Program-made: the position numbers and the translations under genes
Shown: positions 1-13,009 of the stretch, in pieces
How the letters are laid out: each line of letters starts with the position of its first letter
Position numbering within the stretch: position 1 is the stretch's first letter
Assembly: GCA_038526245.1 (NCBI GenBank)
Contig: JBCBGZ010000009.1
Coordinates: 1,874-65,873, forward strand
Direction: 5' to 3'
DNA from: Pseudomonadota bacterium
Lineage (GTDB): Bacteria; Pseudomonadota; Alphaproteobacteria; Caulobacterales; Hyphomonadaceae
DNA: 64,000 nucleotides
Notes under the pieces: generated by a model
Told to the model about the DNA's origin: nothing
What the model saw: the letters and a program-made list of their open reading frames with translations, nothing else
Databases searched by the model: none

Positions 1-1
1 C

Positions 2-2638
<2,637 letters not shown>

Positions 2639-2652
2639 GCATCAGTTTTCAC

Positions 2653-2686
2653 TCGGGCCCTGGAGCATTTGCGCCCCAGGGCCCGA
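2653..2686 (+). terminator. stem-loop ~15 nt after the acnA stop (possible terminator, no U-tract)
   Basis: Perfect 11-bp inverted repeat TCGGGCCCTGG / CCAGGGCCCGA with a 12-nt loop. It is followed only by AATT, so intrinsic termination is uncertain. Confidence 0.35.
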
Positions 2687-2749
2687 AATTACTGCGTTAT
2701 CACAGCCGTTTGATTTCCAAGTCAGACCCGTGCCACGTAAACGCCAGCC

Positions 2750-3418
2750 ATGATGAAATCTCTTGCCAGCTTCGCGGCGTTTATCGCAGCAGCTCTCCCA
2801 GTATCGGCGGAACCGATATTGGTGGAGCTGTTTGCATCGCAAAACTGCGCCGCCTGCCCGAAGGCCCATGACACGCTTAGTGAGGTGAATGATCAGCGCG
2901 ACGATGTGCTGATCCTCACCTGGTCTGTGGACTATTGGGACTACCTTGGCGAACCGGACCCAATGGCAATGGAAATGTCCACGGAACGCCAGGCCGCCTA
3001 TGCGGACCTGTTCCGCTTACGGGGACCCTATACACCTCAAACCGTCTACAACGGTGCTGAGCAGTGCCCTGGAAACCGCCCAAACCGCGTCGCCCGGCGC
3101 CTCGCGGCGGCCGCATCCGCGCGCGCGGAAGAAGCCGAACAAGAGCATGCGGCATCCATGGTCTCTTTTCAGCAAACGTCGAAAGGTTGGGCCGTCAGTG
3201 TCCCGCCGGGCCTTCCCAGCGATATCCATCTCATCCAGTTCCGCAAGCATGGGGACCACGAAACCGATATGGTCCATCCGGTGACCGGACTGGCAAAACT
3301 CTCACACCTGCCGTTTGGCGGAGCGGTCTCCACGGTGCCGGTTTGCGAAAGTGGTTGCGCCCTTGTCGTTCAAGCGCCGGGACATGGAAAGGTGTATGGC
3401 GCCCAACGGCTGAATTAG
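2750..3418 (+). CDS. DUF1223-like secreted protein (CxxC, thioredoxin-like)
   Basis: Signal peptide MMKSLASFAAFIAAALPVSA, then ELFASQNCAACPKAH...WSVDYWDYLG, which matches my memory of the DUF1223 family. Confidence 0.7.
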   Translation: MMKSLASFAAFIAAALPVSAEPILVELFASQNCAACPKAHDTLSEVNDQRDDVLILTWSVDYWDYLGEPDPMAMEMSTERQAAYADLFRLRGPYTPQTVYNGAEQCPGNRPNRVARRLAAAASARAEEAEQEHAASMVSFQQTSKGWAVSVPPGLPSDIHLIQFRKHGDHETDMVHPVTGLAKLSHLPFGGAVSTVPVCESGCALVVQAPGHGKVYGAQRLN

Positions 3419-3499
3419 AAGTGTCACAAAAACTTGCCGCAAAAGTCGCTTTCTAGGCGGCCCAGCAAGGTTATCCTGTCACGGAAACTCAGACTGTGG

Positions 3500-4903
3500 A
3501 TGGGGATTCCCATGATTGCTTCGCGCCGAACATTTCTACGCTCTGCTTCCGCCATGGCTGTCGCGGCCCCGGCCTTCGGCGCGTTGGCGAGCTGCACAAC
3601 ACAGCCTGTGTCAGCTGATAAAGCAGCGCTTGTGCCTGATCCGGATGGCTGGCTGAACCTTCCCGAAGGCTTTTCCTATACCCGCTTCTCCCTCACCGGT
3701 GAGCAGATGAGCGACGGTCTCTTCGTACCAACCAGCCATGACGGCATGGGCAGTTTCCCGGTTGAAGGTGATCCAGACCGCTGCCTGCTGGTGCGCAATC
3801 ATGAGGTCAACGCCGACGACCCCGAAGAAGGCCCCTTCGGAGACAATTTTGAAGGTCTTGCGAAACTCGATCGCAGCGAACTCTACGATTTCACGCCAGA
3901 CGGCGCCCCGCTCGGCGGCGGCAACACAACACTGCTCTACAATGTGAAAACCAAGCAGCTGGAGCGCAGCCACCTGTCGCTGGCTGGAACGGAACGGAAC
4001 TGCTCAGGCGGCATTACGCCGTGGGGCAGCTGGCTGTCCTGCGAGGAATCGCGCAACCGCGCCGGAGAGGACTCCCGCCGGGCCCATGGTTATGTGTTTG
4101 AAGTACCCGCTACTGTTTCCGGTCGGGCTGCGCCCATCCCCTTGCGCGCCATGGGCCGGTTCAACCATGAGGCTGCCGCCGTCGACCCCAGCACAGGCAT
4201 TGTCTACCAGACCGAGGACGAACGTGATGGCCTGTTCTATCGCTTCCTGCCGACCGCGCCGGGTGAGCTGGCCAAAGGCGGACGCTTGCAGGCGCTGGCT
4301 TTAGTGGACCAGGCGGGCGCCGACACGCGGAATTGGAACGCGGCGACCATCGCGCAGGGCCAAAGCCTGCCCGTGCGCTGGGTGGACCTCTCCGCAGTTG
4401 AAAGCCCCGATGGCGACTTGAAAGACCGCGGCTTTGCCGCCGGCGCAGCCAAAATTGCCCGGGGCGAAGGCCTCGCCTGGGCCATTCAGCAGGATGGCGC
4501 GTCGGCATACTTTGCCTGCACCAGTGGCGGGGTCGCGAAGGTCGGTCAAATCTGGCGCTATACGCCGAGCCCCTATGAAGGCACTGCCCGAGAAGCCGAA
4601 GCCCCCGGCATGCTTACGCTCCATTATGAGAGCCGCTCGGCTGAGGACCTCGATTACTGCGATAATCTCGTTGCTAGCCCGTGGGGTCACCTGACGATCT
4701 GCGAAGACGCGGACCGCGCCTGCAGGATCCATGGGCTGACCCCGGACGGCCGCCTCTATACGATAGCGGAAAACCCACACCCCGACGGCGGTGAATTCGC
4801 TGGCGCCTGCTGGTCCCCCGACGGGTCAACGCTGTTCGTGAACATACAGACGCCGGGCGCGACCTACGCCATTACCGGCCCCTGGCAGCGCCTGGCGGTT
4901 TAA
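3500..4903 (+). CDS. DUF839/PhoX-like secreted beta-propeller protein with Tat signal
   Basis: Starting at ATG 3500 gives a twin-arginine signal ([19 protein letters not shown]). [10 protein letters not shown]...HDGMGSF...VRNHE resembles the DUF839/PhoX-like family. The ORF-track start at 3434 would add a non-signal leader. Confidence 0.6.
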   Translation: MGIPMIASRRTFLRSASAMAVAAPAFGALASCTTQPVSADKAALVPDPDGWLNLPEGFSYTRFSLTGEQMSDGLFVPTSHDGMGSFPVEGDPDRCLLVRNHEVNADDPEEGPFGDNFEGLAKLDRSELYDFTPDGAPLGGGNTTLLYNVKTKQLERSHLSLAGTERNCSGGITPWGSWLSCEESRNRAGEDSRRAHGYVFEVPATVSGRAAPIPLRAMGRFNHEAAAVDPSTGIVYQTEDERDGLFYRFLPTAPGELAKGGRLQALALVDQAGADTRNWNAATIAQGQSLPVRWVDLSAVESPDGDLKDRGFAAGAAKIARGEGLAWAIQQDGASAYFACTSGGVAKVGQIWRYTPSPYEGTAREAEAPGMLTLHYESRSAEDLDYCDNLVASPWGHLTICEDADRACRIHGLTPDGRLYTIAENPHPDGGEFAGACWSPDGSTLFVNIQTPGATYAITGPWQRLAV

Positions 4904-5634
4904 GCCCGCGCGGCTGCGATCGCCTCGGCGGGGTCGATATCGCCATCATAGAGCGCTCGGCCAAGAATTGAGCCGGCAATAGCGCGCGGCCCACCCGCCG
5001 AGCGCAACGCCGTGACGTCTGCCACGCTGGCGACACCGCCGCTCGCAATCACGGGAATGGACACCGCAGCGGCCAGATCGCGGGTGAACTCCACATTCAC
5101 ACCGGTTTTCATGCCGTCGCGGCCAATATCTGTGGCGATGATCGCGGCCACACCGCAGCCCTCGAAGGCCTTGGCGAGGTCAACCGCTTCCATGTCCGAG
5201 GTTTCGGCCCAGCCTTCTACCGCGACGCGCCCGTCCTTGGCATCAATCCCGACGACGACCTGCCCTGGAAGCGCGCGCGCAGCTTCCCTCACCAGATCAG
5301 GGTCACGCACCGCAACCGTGCCAAGGATTACTCGGGAAACACCGGCCTCAAGCCAGGCCTCAATCTGCCCGCGCGTGCGAATGCCGCCGCCCAATTGAAC
5401 CGGCACTTTGGTTGCCGCGAGAATCGCGCGCACCGCGTCACCATTCGCGCTGGTTCCGGCAAATGCGCCGTTCAGGTCCACTACGTGAAGGTGATCAAAC
5501 CCCATGGACGCAAACCGCGCCGCCTGATCCGCGGGATCTGCATTGAAGGCGGTAGCCTTGTCCATCTCGCCCCGGATCAGGCGAACACAGGCGCCGTCTT
5601 TCAGGTCGATGGCCGGATAAAGGGTGAAGCTCAT
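4900..5634 (-). CDS. hisA: ProFAR isomerase HisA
   Basis: [19 protein letters not shown]..., GGGIRT and a (beta/alpha)8 HisA pattern. Its ATG (5634) directly abuts the hisH stop (5635-5637). Confidence 0.95.
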   Translation of the reverse strand: MSFTLYPAIDLKDGACVRLIRGEMDKATAFNADPADQAARFASMGFDHLHVVDLNGAFAGTSANGDAVRAILAATKVPVQLGGGIRTRGQIEAWLEAGVSRVILGTVAVRDPDLVREAARALPGQVVVGIDAKDGRVAVEGWAETSDMEAVDLAKAFEGCGVAAIIATDIGRDGMKTGVNVEFTRDLAAAVSIPVIASGGVASVADVTALRSAGGPRAIAGSILGRALYDGDIDPAEAIAAARA

Positions 5635-6276
5635 TTAAGGGGCCCAGGTCAGGAAGTTTGCGAGCAATTTCAGGCCAACGCTCTGGCTTTTCTCGGGGTG
5701 GAACTGGGTACCGAACACCGTGTCACGCGCCACTGCAGCGACGATGGGCCGGCCATACTCCGTGAGCGCTGCAATATGGGTCTCGTTCTCCGGCGAGAGA
5801 GCGTAGGAGTGGACGAAGTAGGCGTGGGGGTCCTTGCCCAGTCCGGACAAAACATGGTGGTTGCCGCGCAACTCCAGAACATTCCAACCCATGTGGGGCA
5901 CGCGGTGGCCGGGGCCGGGATCGATGGGCTGCACAGCGCCATGAATCCAGCCGAGGCCCCGCCCCTCGCCATCTTCGAGGCTGAAATCGGCAAGCAGCTG
6001 CATCCCCACACAGATGCCCAGGAAAGGTGTTGCGCGATTGAAGACGGCCTGTTCCATCGCCTCGATCACGCCCTTACGCGCTGCCAGCGCCGCCTTGCAT
6101 TGGGCGAAATGGCCAACGCCCGGCAATACAATACGGTCTGACCGGGAGATCACATCGGGATCGGCCGTCAGTTCGACCTTTGCATCCACGCCTGCAAGGC
6201 GGGCCGCTTCCACAAGGGCGCGCTGGGCCGAGTGTACGTTTCCGGAGTCGTAATCAATGAGGGCAACGCTTTGCAT
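5635..6276 (-). CDS. hisH: imidazole glycerol phosphate synthase glutaminase subunit HisH
   Basis: IALIDYDSGNVHSAQRAL, LPGVGHF, GICVGMQLL (catalytic Cys), FGTQFHPEKS. Confidence 0.95.
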   Translation of the reverse strand: MQSVALIDYDSGNVHSAQRALVEAARLAGVDAKVELTADPDVISRSDRIVLPGVGHFAQCKAALAARKGVIEAMEQAVFNRATPFLGICVGMQLLADFSLEDGEGRGLGWIHGAVQPIDPGPGHRVPHMGWNVLELRGNHHVLSGLGKDPHAYFVHSYALSPENETHIAALTEYGRPIVAAVARDTVFGTQFHPEKSQSVGLKLLANFLTWAP

Positions 6277-6359
6277 CGGCGCGGCTTACGACCTGAGGCA
6301 CCCCAGCGCAACCACCTGGCTCTTTCCAAGCGCGCGCGTATCGCCTAGAGGCTCGCCCC

Positions 6360-7133
6360 ATGCTGAAGACACGCATAATTCCCTGCCTGGACGTGAAGGA
6401 CGGCCGCACCGTCAAGGGTGTGAACTTTGTCGACCTGCGCGATGCTGGTGACCCGGTGGAACTTGCTCGCGCCTATGATGCGGCCGGTGCAGACGAGCTT
6501 TGCTTTCTGGACATCACGGCCAGCCATGAGGGGCGCGGCACGATGTTAGACGTTGTCACGCGGACGGCTGAACAGTGCTTTATGCCGCTGACCGTCGGCG
6601 GCGGCGTGCGCAGCGCGGACGATATGGTGACGCTCCTGCGCGCCGGGGCAGACAAGGTTGCTATCAATTCCGCAGCAGTCGCTGACCCGGACGTGATTTC
6701 CGCCTGCGCCACGAGGGTCGGGCGACAGTGCGTGGTCGTGGCCATTGATGCCCGAAAAGAAGTCGGTGGCTACACTGTGTACACCCATGGTGGGCGCAAA
6801 TCCTCCGGGATTGACGCCGTCGAGCACGCAAGGCGAGCCGAAGCGCTCGGCGCAGGCGAAATCCTGCTCACCAGCATGGACAAGGACGGAACCAAGTCTG
6901 GTTTCGACATCGACATGCTAAAGGCCGTTACCAGTGCCGTGAACATACCCGTAATCGCATCCGGGGGGGCTGGCTCAGCGGAGGATTTCGGCCCGGCTGT
7001 CATGGAAGGGGGCGCAAGCGCTGTCTTGGCCGCATCCATCTTCCACTTCGGTGAGGTCAGTCTGGCCGAAGCACGCAGAGCGCTTTCGCGGGCAGGGGCT
7101 CCGGTCAAACCCGTCATGGAGGCCCGGCTATGA
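6360..7133 (+). CDS. hisF: imidazole glycerol phosphate synthase cyclase subunit HisF
   Basis: [23 protein letters not shown]..., [34 protein letters not shown]. Confidence 0.95.
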   Translation: MLKTRIIPCLDVKDGRTVKGVNFVDLRDAGDPVELARAYDAAGADELCFLDITASHEGRGTMLDVVTRTAEQCFMPLTVGGGVRSADDMVTLLRAGADKVAINSAAVADPDVISACATRVGRQCVVVAIDARKEVGGYTVYTHGGRKSSGIDAVEHARRAEALGAGEILLTSMDKDGTKSGFDIDMLKAVTSAVNIPVIASGGAGSAEDFGPAVMEGGASAVLAASIFHFGEVSLAEARRALSRAGAPVKPVMEARL

Positions 7134-7489
7134 GCGAAGATTCCGCAGCACTTGGCTCGCCAGCCGACTTCTTTGCCGCTTTGGATCACCTAGCCCAGAC
7201 CATCGACGCCCGCGCAACCGGCGACTCCGACGCGTCTTACACGGCGAAACTGCTCCAGAAAGGCCCACCGAAATGTGCCAAGAAACTCGGCGAAGAGGCC
7301 GTCGAGCTTGCATTGGCGCTGGTCTCAGAGGCAGATGACGCCGTTGCAAGTGAAGCAGCCGATGTACTCTACCACTTCATGGTCGCGCTCAGATCCCGCG
7401 GGGTGTCCCTGGATCAGGTCGGCGCGGCGCTCGCCGCCCGCCAGGCCCAGTCTGGCCTGGCCGAAAAGGCTTCGCGGCCGAAAGACTAG
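7130..7489 (+). CDS. hisE: phosphoribosyl-ATP pyrophosphatase HisE
   Basis: [28 protein letters not shown]...[17 protein letters not shown] overlap with the hisF stop. Confidence 0.9.
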   Translation: MSEDSAALGSPADFFAALDHLAQTIDARATGDSDASYTAKLLQKGPPKCAKKLGEEAVELALALVSEADDAVASEAADVLYHFMVALRSRGVSLDQVGAALAARQAQSGLAEKASRPKD

Positions 7490-9105
7490 TTCGGCGAACG
7501 CCAATACCCACTGGCCTCCAGTGCCAGCCGTTCGGATGCATCTTTGGCGCCGATCTGACTGAGACTGTCGAGAATCACCATGAGATCCGGCGTCGCCAGG
7601 CCCGTGGGATCGCCAAGCGTCAAACCCAGCGTCGATACCACAACCTCGCCCGCAGCGTCGGCTTCCGCCGCCGCGCGGATGGCGAGCATACGCCATTCAT
7701 CGCCGCGTACACCGGTCTCTCGCTGGGCAGTTGCCATGAGGGCGCGAGCCGAGGGTGGCGGAGCGATGCCGAGCGCAGTCCAAAGGGCAAACATGCGTGA
7801 TGCCTTGGCTTTCTCGCCAGGCTGCTCTGCGCCAACCACAAGTGCTTCCGCAATCTCGCGGGCAGCGTCCTTGCTTTCCGAATGGCCTGCCAGGACAAGC
7901 GCCGAGCGCACAAAGGCCAGGTCAAAGGCATCAGGTTCAGGCGCATCGCGCAAACCCGTGGTACGCACCCATGATGCAGCCTTATCCAGGTCGCCCGCGG
8001 CGATCTGGGCACGGGCAAACACCAGCGCGTGGCGCGCATTCTCAGGATTCCGGCTTACCCGGTCGATATCTCCGCTGAACAGGCGCGCCGCCGCCGCAAA
8101 CCGCGCTGGATTGCCAGCGGATGTGCGCAGCGCCATGGACAAGCGACGGGCCCGGTCTTCGGGAGACGCGTTGACATCTTCGAAGGAAGCCACGGCAAGT
8201 TCTATCGGTCGCTGGGCTTCAAATCCTTCTGCGCGAACCAATTGTTGATAGAGTCTACGATGGGCACGCCCGTCCAGCAAACCTGCTTCCGCCGCCACGC
8301 CAGCAGCCGGGACACGAATGGATAATGGCAGGGTTGATCGCCCGGCAATCGCTGCGGCGAGGTCTGGGCGAGAGGTTGCGATCGCATTCGTGGCGGGCTC
8401 AAGGCCTAGCGCCGTGGACAAGGCAAGGTTCAGCCCGGTATCGAAACGTGCGGGCAGTTCGGACGGCTCTTCGATGGAGGCCGCGAACACCGCATTGAAG
8501 AACCAATCGTCCTCCACGCCTTGCGCCTGGGCCAGTTCCACGGCCAGTTCCGCCGCCGGGGCGTTCTTCTGAAGAACGGCGCAAACCGCGCGGAGTTTTG
8601 CGAAGAACGGACCTTCCCGCGTCTCGGTGACAAGCTCGCGGCAGGCGGAGGCCTCGTTGCCCAGGGCGAGTTGGAGGTCCACCGACAGTTCCGCCGCGTT
8701 CAGGCCGCGCGGATTGTCTTCAAGGCGACCGAGCAGGTCTGAGGCAGCATCGGCCTCACCAAGTTCATAGAGAATGCGCGCGCGCTCCCCGAGCACTTCA
8801 TTTGCGCGCTCGCCTTCCGGCCGGGCTGCAGGCGAAAGCACGACGCGGCGCAGGAGCGTGCGTTCCGCAGGCGTGAGTTGGCGCGTGCGCACCTGGCGCA
8901 TGAGTGGCAAAAGGTCTTCGGTGCGAGACGCCTTCCACATGTTCGTGGGCATGGCGGTCTCACCAGCCTCAAGATAGCCGCGCCCAAATGGGTCAATGTC
9001 GCCAAGCCCACCAAGCTCGAATTCCTCAACCTGGGCGAATGCCGGCAGAGTCAGGGCGGACAAAGCGCCGATGACAGCGGCCAGAAAGCGGGACTTACAG
9101 AACAT
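7486..9105 (-). CDS. secreted hypothetical protein (Ala/Leu/Arg-rich, probably helical repeats)
   Basis: Starting at ATG 9105 (GAGG upstream) gives the signal peptide MFCKSRFLAAVIGALSALTLPAFAQ. I recognise no family. The ORF-track start at 9201 would add 32 non-signal residues. Confidence 0.6.
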   Translation of the reverse strand: MFCKSRFLAAVIGALSALTLPAFAQVEEFELGGLGDIDPFGRGYLEAGETAMPTNMWKASRTEDLLPLMRQVRTRQLTPAERTLLRRVVLSPAARPEGERANEVLGERARILYELGEADAASDLLGRLEDNPRGLNAAELSVDLQLALGNEASACRELVTETREGPFFAKLRAVCAVLQKNAPAAELAVELAQAQGVEDDWFFNAVFAASIEEPSELPARFDTGLNLALSTALGLEPATNAIATSRPDLAAAIAGRSTLPLSIRVPAAGVAAEAGLLDGRAHRRLYQQLVRAEGFEAQRPIELAVASFEDVNASPEDRARRLSMALRTSAGNPARFAAAARLFSGDIDRVSRNPENARHALVFARAQIAAGDLDKAASWVRTTGLRDAPEPDAFDLAFVRSALVLAGHSESKDAAREIAEALVVGAEQPGEKAKASRMFALWTALGIAPPPSARALMATAQRETGVRGDEWRMLAIRAAAEADAAGEVVVSTLGLTLGDPTGLATPDLMVILDSLSQIGAKDASERLALEASGYWRSPN

Positions 9106-9229
9106 CTTCAACCTCAATGCGGACTTCGCCGGGTTCCGGTTTGTCGGATGTGGCCTGGCCCGCCAGCCAGAACGCTGCGCCGCCAAGCGCCAGCAGCACA
9201 ATCAATAGGAAAAACAGAAACTTCTTCAT
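9095..9229 (-). CDS. possible 44-aa small membrane protein, not in the ORF track
   Basis: Hand translation gives MKKFLFFLLIVLLALGGAAFWLAGQATSDKPEPGEVRIEVEDVL*. It has one strong TM segment, and its TAA overlaps the ATG of the downstream 540-aa gene by 11 nt. The SD is weak. Confidence 0.4.
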   Translation of the reverse strand: MKKFLFFLLIVLLALGGAAFWLAGQATSDKPEPGEVRIEVEDVL

Positions 9230-9346
9230 GGCTTACGCCCCGATCATTCTCAAAACGCCAAATTTTGCACCACCGCAAAATCGGCCTCTTCCATTGCTCC
9301 ATCCCCTGCCCCCATATAGACGAGGAGAGTGAGACGCGAAAAGACC

Positions 9347-9922
9347 ATGGGCGCAGACACAGGTTCGCTGGATAATCCGGGCAGCAATGAGGCGCCATAT
9401 GCAAAGCGCACCATCGCCCTTGTGGGGTTGATGGGCGCTGGCAAGTCCACGGTCGGGCGTCGCCTGGCAGATCGGCTTGGTCGGAAATTCTATGACAGTG
9501 ACGTGGAAATCGAAAAGGCGGCAGGCCTTTCGATTTCGGACATCTTCTCGATCCATGGCGAGGCGGAGTTCCGGCGCGGCGAGAGGAAAGTGCTGGCCCG
9601 ACTCCTGGAAGATGAGCCTCACGTACTCGCCACGGGCGGTGGAGCGTATCTGGACCCCGATACCCGCACCATGCTGCGGGACCGCGCAATCACGGTTTGG
9701 TTGAATGCGGATCTGGAGACGATCTGGAAACGGGTGTCGCGGCGCGATACCCGGCCTTTGCTCAGGGCGCCAGACCCAAAAGGCGTGTTGACGCGCCTGT
9801 TTGAGGAACGTGAGCCGATTTATAGCCAGGCAGATCTTTCGGTCGCCAGCGTGGATGGGCCGCATAACGAAACCGTGATGGCCATTATCAAAGCCCTTGA
9901 GGGATGGACCGGACATGCCTGA
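9347..9922 (+). CDS. aroK: shikimate kinase AroK
   Basis: [30 protein letters not shown] (Walker A), [11 protein letters not shown]. The start is ambiguous between GTG 9329 and ATG 9347. Confidence 0.9.
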   Translation: MGADTGSLDNPGSNEAPYAKRTIALVGLMGAGKSTVGRRLADRLGRKFYDSDVEIEKAAGLSISDIFSIHGEAEFRRGERKVLARLLEDEPHVLATGGGAYLDPDTRTMLRDRAITVWLNADLETIWKRVSRRDTRPLLRAPDPKGVLTRLFEEREPIYSQADLSVASVDGPHNETVMAIIKALEGWTGHA

Positions 9923-11042
9923 CGGCGAGAGCACTCACCGCACGGTCACTGTCGGGCTCGGCGCCCGCAGCTACGACATCACAATTGGCCCGGGCCAACT
10001 CGCAGGTATCGGCGCCGTACTCGCTCCCATGGTGAAGAGCCCACGCGTCTTTGTATTGACCGACAAAACCGTTGCTGAACTGCATCTGCAAACCCTGGAA
10101 ACCGCGTTTTCAGGGGTGGGATTCAAGACCCATGCGCGGATCATTCCTGCGGGCGAGGCTTCGAAATCCTGGGCCGAACTGGAAACAACGCTCGATTGGC
10201 TTTTGGAAGCTGGCGCCAATCGAGGTGACGTTTTGGTGGCCCTGGGCGGCGGGGTTGTGGGCGACCTGGCCGGGTTTAGCGCATCCATTATGAAGCGCGG
10301 TATGTCGCTCGTTCAGGTGCCGACCACTCTGCTGGCCCAGGTCGACAGTTCGGTTGGTGGCAAGACCGCCATCAATACGCGCCAGGGCAAGAATCTGGTT
10401 GGGGCATTCTACCAGCCCCGCCATGTCCTGATCGACACTGACCTCCTTACAACACTTCCAGCGCGCGAACGCGCCGCAGGCTATGCCGAAATCGTCAAGT
10501 ACGGCTTGCTCGGCGATGCGCCCTTCTTTGATTGGCTTGAGCGCCATGGAGAAGCAGTCACCGCATTGGAAGCTGGCCCGCTCAGCGAAGCCATTGCGCG
10601 TTCCTGCCAGGCCAAGGCCGACATCGTGGCACAGGATGAACGTGAAGGCGGCGTGCGCGCGCTTTTGAACCTTGGCCACACCTTTGGCCACGCGCTAGAG
10701 GCAGAGAACGGTTATGGGCCAGATCTCCTCCATGGCGAGGCTGTTGCGTGCGGAATGGCATTGGCCCTGCGCTATTCGGCGCGGCAGGGGCTGACGGACA
10801 CGGCCACCGCCGCGCGCGCGGAGAGCGTTTTGAAATCGGCCGGTCTCGTCACGCGCCTCCCAGCGCTCGCCGGAGGTCCCTACCCTGCCGACCGGTTGGT
10901 CGAACACATGCGCCATGACAAGAAAGCCCGCGGCAATGCCGTCCCACTGATCCTTGCGCGAGGGATCGGCAAGGCTTTCATCCACCCCGACGCGAACTTA
11001 AGTGACGTCGAAGACTTTCTCAGCGAAGAGGCAAGGCCGTAA
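9915..11042 (+). CDS. aroB: 3-dehydroquinate synthase AroB
   Basis: [46 protein letters not shown] 9915 overlaps the aroK stop by 8 nt. Confidence 0.95.
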   Translation: MPDGESTHRTVTVGLGARSYDITIGPGQLAGIGAVLAPMVKSPRVFVLTDKTVAELHLQTLETAFSGVGFKTHARIIPAGEASKSWAELETTLDWLLEAGANRGDVLVALGGGVVGDLAGFSASIMKRGMSLVQVPTTLLAQVDSSVGGKTAINTRQGKNLVGAFYQPRHVLIDTDLLTTLPARERAAGYAEIVKYGLLGDAPFFDWLERHGEAVTALEAGPLSEAIARSCQAKADIVAQDEREGGVRALLNLGHTFGHALEAENGYGPDLLHGEAVACGMALALRYSARQGLTDTATAARAESVLKSAGLVTRLPALAGGPYPADRLVEHMRHDKKARGNAVPLILARGIGKAFIHPDANLSDVEDFLSEEARP

Positions 11043-11054
11043 GGGCCACACACC

Positions 11055-12350
11055 ATGATCATCGGAACGGCGATAGCCATCATCTTCCTGCTCAGCCTGT
11101 CTGGCTTTTTCTCAGGATCTGAAACCTCTCTGACAGCCGCGTCCCGCTCCCGGATGCACGCCCTTGAGAAAGACGGCGATCCCCGTGCGGCGGCTGTCAA
11201 CAAGCTGCTGGAAGACAAAGAGGGCCTGATCGGGGCCATCCTGCTCGGCAATAATCTGGTCAACATCCTGGCATCTGCCCTGGCCACCAGCCTGTTTATC
11301 TCCCTCTTTGGCCAGGGCGGCCTCGCCATGGCGCTGGCAACGGGCATCATGACCGTCTTGGTACTGGTCTTTGCTGAAGTCCTGCCCAAGACCTATGCCA
11401 TCACCCGCCCCGATGAGATGGCCCGCAGTGTGGCGCGCCCTATTGGCTGGCTGAAAAATGGCGTCGGCTGGATCGTGGTCGGCATCCAGGCGATCGTGAA
11501 CACGACACTGCGCCTGATTGGCGTGAAGGCCGCCGGTGACGCGGTGCCCTATGATGAAGAAATCCGCGGTGTGGTCGATTTTGCCCACTCGGAGGGCGAT
11601 ATGGGCGCGGAGGATCGCCACAGGCTGGTCGGCGCGCTGGAGCTCAAGGAACTGACCGTCGAAGACGTGATGATCCACCGTAAGAATATCAACATGCTCG
11701 ACCTCGATCTCGGCCCCCGCGAACTGGTGATGCAGGCCCTGGCCAGCCCCCATACGCGCCTGCCGCTGCACCGGGGCAATCCGGACGAGATTGTCGGCGT
11801 GCTCCACGCCAAGGACCTCCTGCGGGCCATGGCCGCCCAGGGCAACGATCTAGACGAGTTGGAAATCGACGAGATCATCCGTGACCCGTGGTTCATTCCC
11901 GAAACCACATCCGTCCAGGACCAGTTGGACCAGTTCCTCTCGCGCCGCAGCCACTTTGCGCTCGTGGTCGACGAATACGGCGCGCTGCAAGGTCTTGTGA
12001 CCCTTGAAGACATTCTGGAGGAAATTGTCGGTGACATCCGCGATGAGCATGACGCCACAGTTCAGGGCGTACGCCCGCAGCCCGATGGCAGCGTGAATGT
12101 GGATGGATGGGTGCCGATCCGGGACCTTAACCGTGCGCGCGGCTGGAACCTGCCCGATGATGGCGCCGTTACGGTTGCCGGGCTCGTGATCCACGGCGCC
12201 CAAACCATTCCGGAGCCGGGCCAGTGCTTCGTCTTCCACGGCTACCAATTCGATATCCTGCGACGAAACCGCAACCAAGTCACAGGACTGAAAGTGCGCC
12301 CGGTCGTTGATGAAGACGAACCCGAAGGCGAAGTCATCGCCGCGAAATAG
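11055..12350 (+). CDS. HlyC/CorC family transporter (DUF21 + CBS pair + CorC_HlyC)
   Basis: N-terminal 4-TM DUF21 (FFSGSETSLTA), a CBS region (VEDVMIHRKNI...ALVVDEYGALQGLVTLEDILEEIVGDI) and a C-terminal transporter-associated domain. Confidence 0.85.
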   Translation: MIIGTAIAIIFLLSLSGFFSGSETSLTAASRSRMHALEKDGDPRAAAVNKLLEDKEGLIGAILLGNNLVNILASALATSLFISLFGQGGLAMALATGIMTVLVLVFAEVLPKTYAITRPDEMARSVARPIGWLKNGVGWIVVGIQAIVNTTLRLIGVKAAGDAVPYDEEIRGVVDFAHSEGDMGAEDRHRLVGALELKELTVEDVMIHRKNINMLDLDLGPRELVMQALASPHTRLPLHRGNPDEIVGVLHAKDLLRAMAAQGNDLDELEIDEIIRDPWFIPETTSVQDQLDQFLSRRSHFALVVDEYGALQGLVTLEDILEEIVGDIRDEHDATVQGVRPQPDGSVNVDGWVPIRDLNRARGWNLPDDGAVTVAGLVIHGAQTIPEPGQCFVFHGYQFDILRRNRNQVTGLKVRPVVDEDEPEGEVIAAK

Positions 12351-12380
12351 ACCAGCGGGCGAACAGCTTGCTCCCACCCC

Positions 12381-12411
12381 AAAAAAAGGGTGCCCCCTTG
12401 CGAGGACACCC
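12381..12411 (-). terminator. rho-independent terminator of the 12453..12794 gene
   Basis: Minus strand reads GGGTGTCC-TCGCAAGG-GGGCACCC (8-bp stem with one G:U) followed by TTTTTTT. It lies ~40 nt after the stop. Confidence 0.7.
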
Positions 12412-12452
12412 CAAGTCGGCAGTTCCACTCGGAGGGCCGAGCGACCGTCTGA

Positions 12453-12794
12453 TTAACGTGTCAGAGCGGCCATTTGGCGCCGAGCAGCTGGGTCACCGAT
12501 CTGCTCTCCGTGGAAAGCGATCAGGCTTTGATTCTGTGTGGCCGCGACGGCCTTTGCGAGGAGGGTTTCTGTGCAGGCCTCCTGCATCCGCATCCGCGCA
12601 CCGAGTTGGCGGACCTCGCTGGGGGAGACCCGGCAGGCGGCCTTCGCTGTGTCGATAAAGGTGGCATAGGTCTTTGAGACCGGCGCAGTTGGGGAGTAGG
12701 TGAAGTCTGCCTTTACGGGTGCTTCTGCGGCAGCAGTTGCGGCGAAGGCCGTAAATGCGGCACCTGCAAGGAAGGTTTTGATCATGCGTGTCAT
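12453..12794 (-). CDS. small secreted protein, possibly UrcA family
   Basis: Starting at ATG 12794 (GAGGAG upstream) gives the signal peptide MTRMIKTFLAGAAFTAFAATAAAEA. The mature part has 2 Cys. The family call comes from overall resemblance only. Confidence 0.45.
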   Translation of the reverse strand: MTRMIKTFLAGAAFTAFAATAAAEAPVKADFTYSPTAPVSKTYATFIDTAKAACRVSPSEVRQLGARMRMQEACTETLLAKAVAATQNQSLIAFHGEQIGDPAARRQMAALTR

Positions 12795-13009
12795 GGGTGT
12801 CTCCTCAGAAAGCGATGTGTGCACAGCGTCTCGTGCTGTGACGTCACCCTTGCTGAGCTGGGCCAGCGAGGTCCTTGTGGAGACCTGAAAACGGCCTGAT
12901 TTTCGTCTTATGAAAATCTGATGATGTTGTTTTTATTGCGTTTTCGGTTTCAAGTTTGCCCTTGTGACGCCCCATTGCGCTGATAATCTACCTTTGTAGA
13001 CGGGGGACC

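Noticed and set aside
5395-6141. 248-aa plus-strand ORF across the hisA/hisH junction
   Set aside because: It is antisense to two well-supported his genes and has no recognisable motif or SD.
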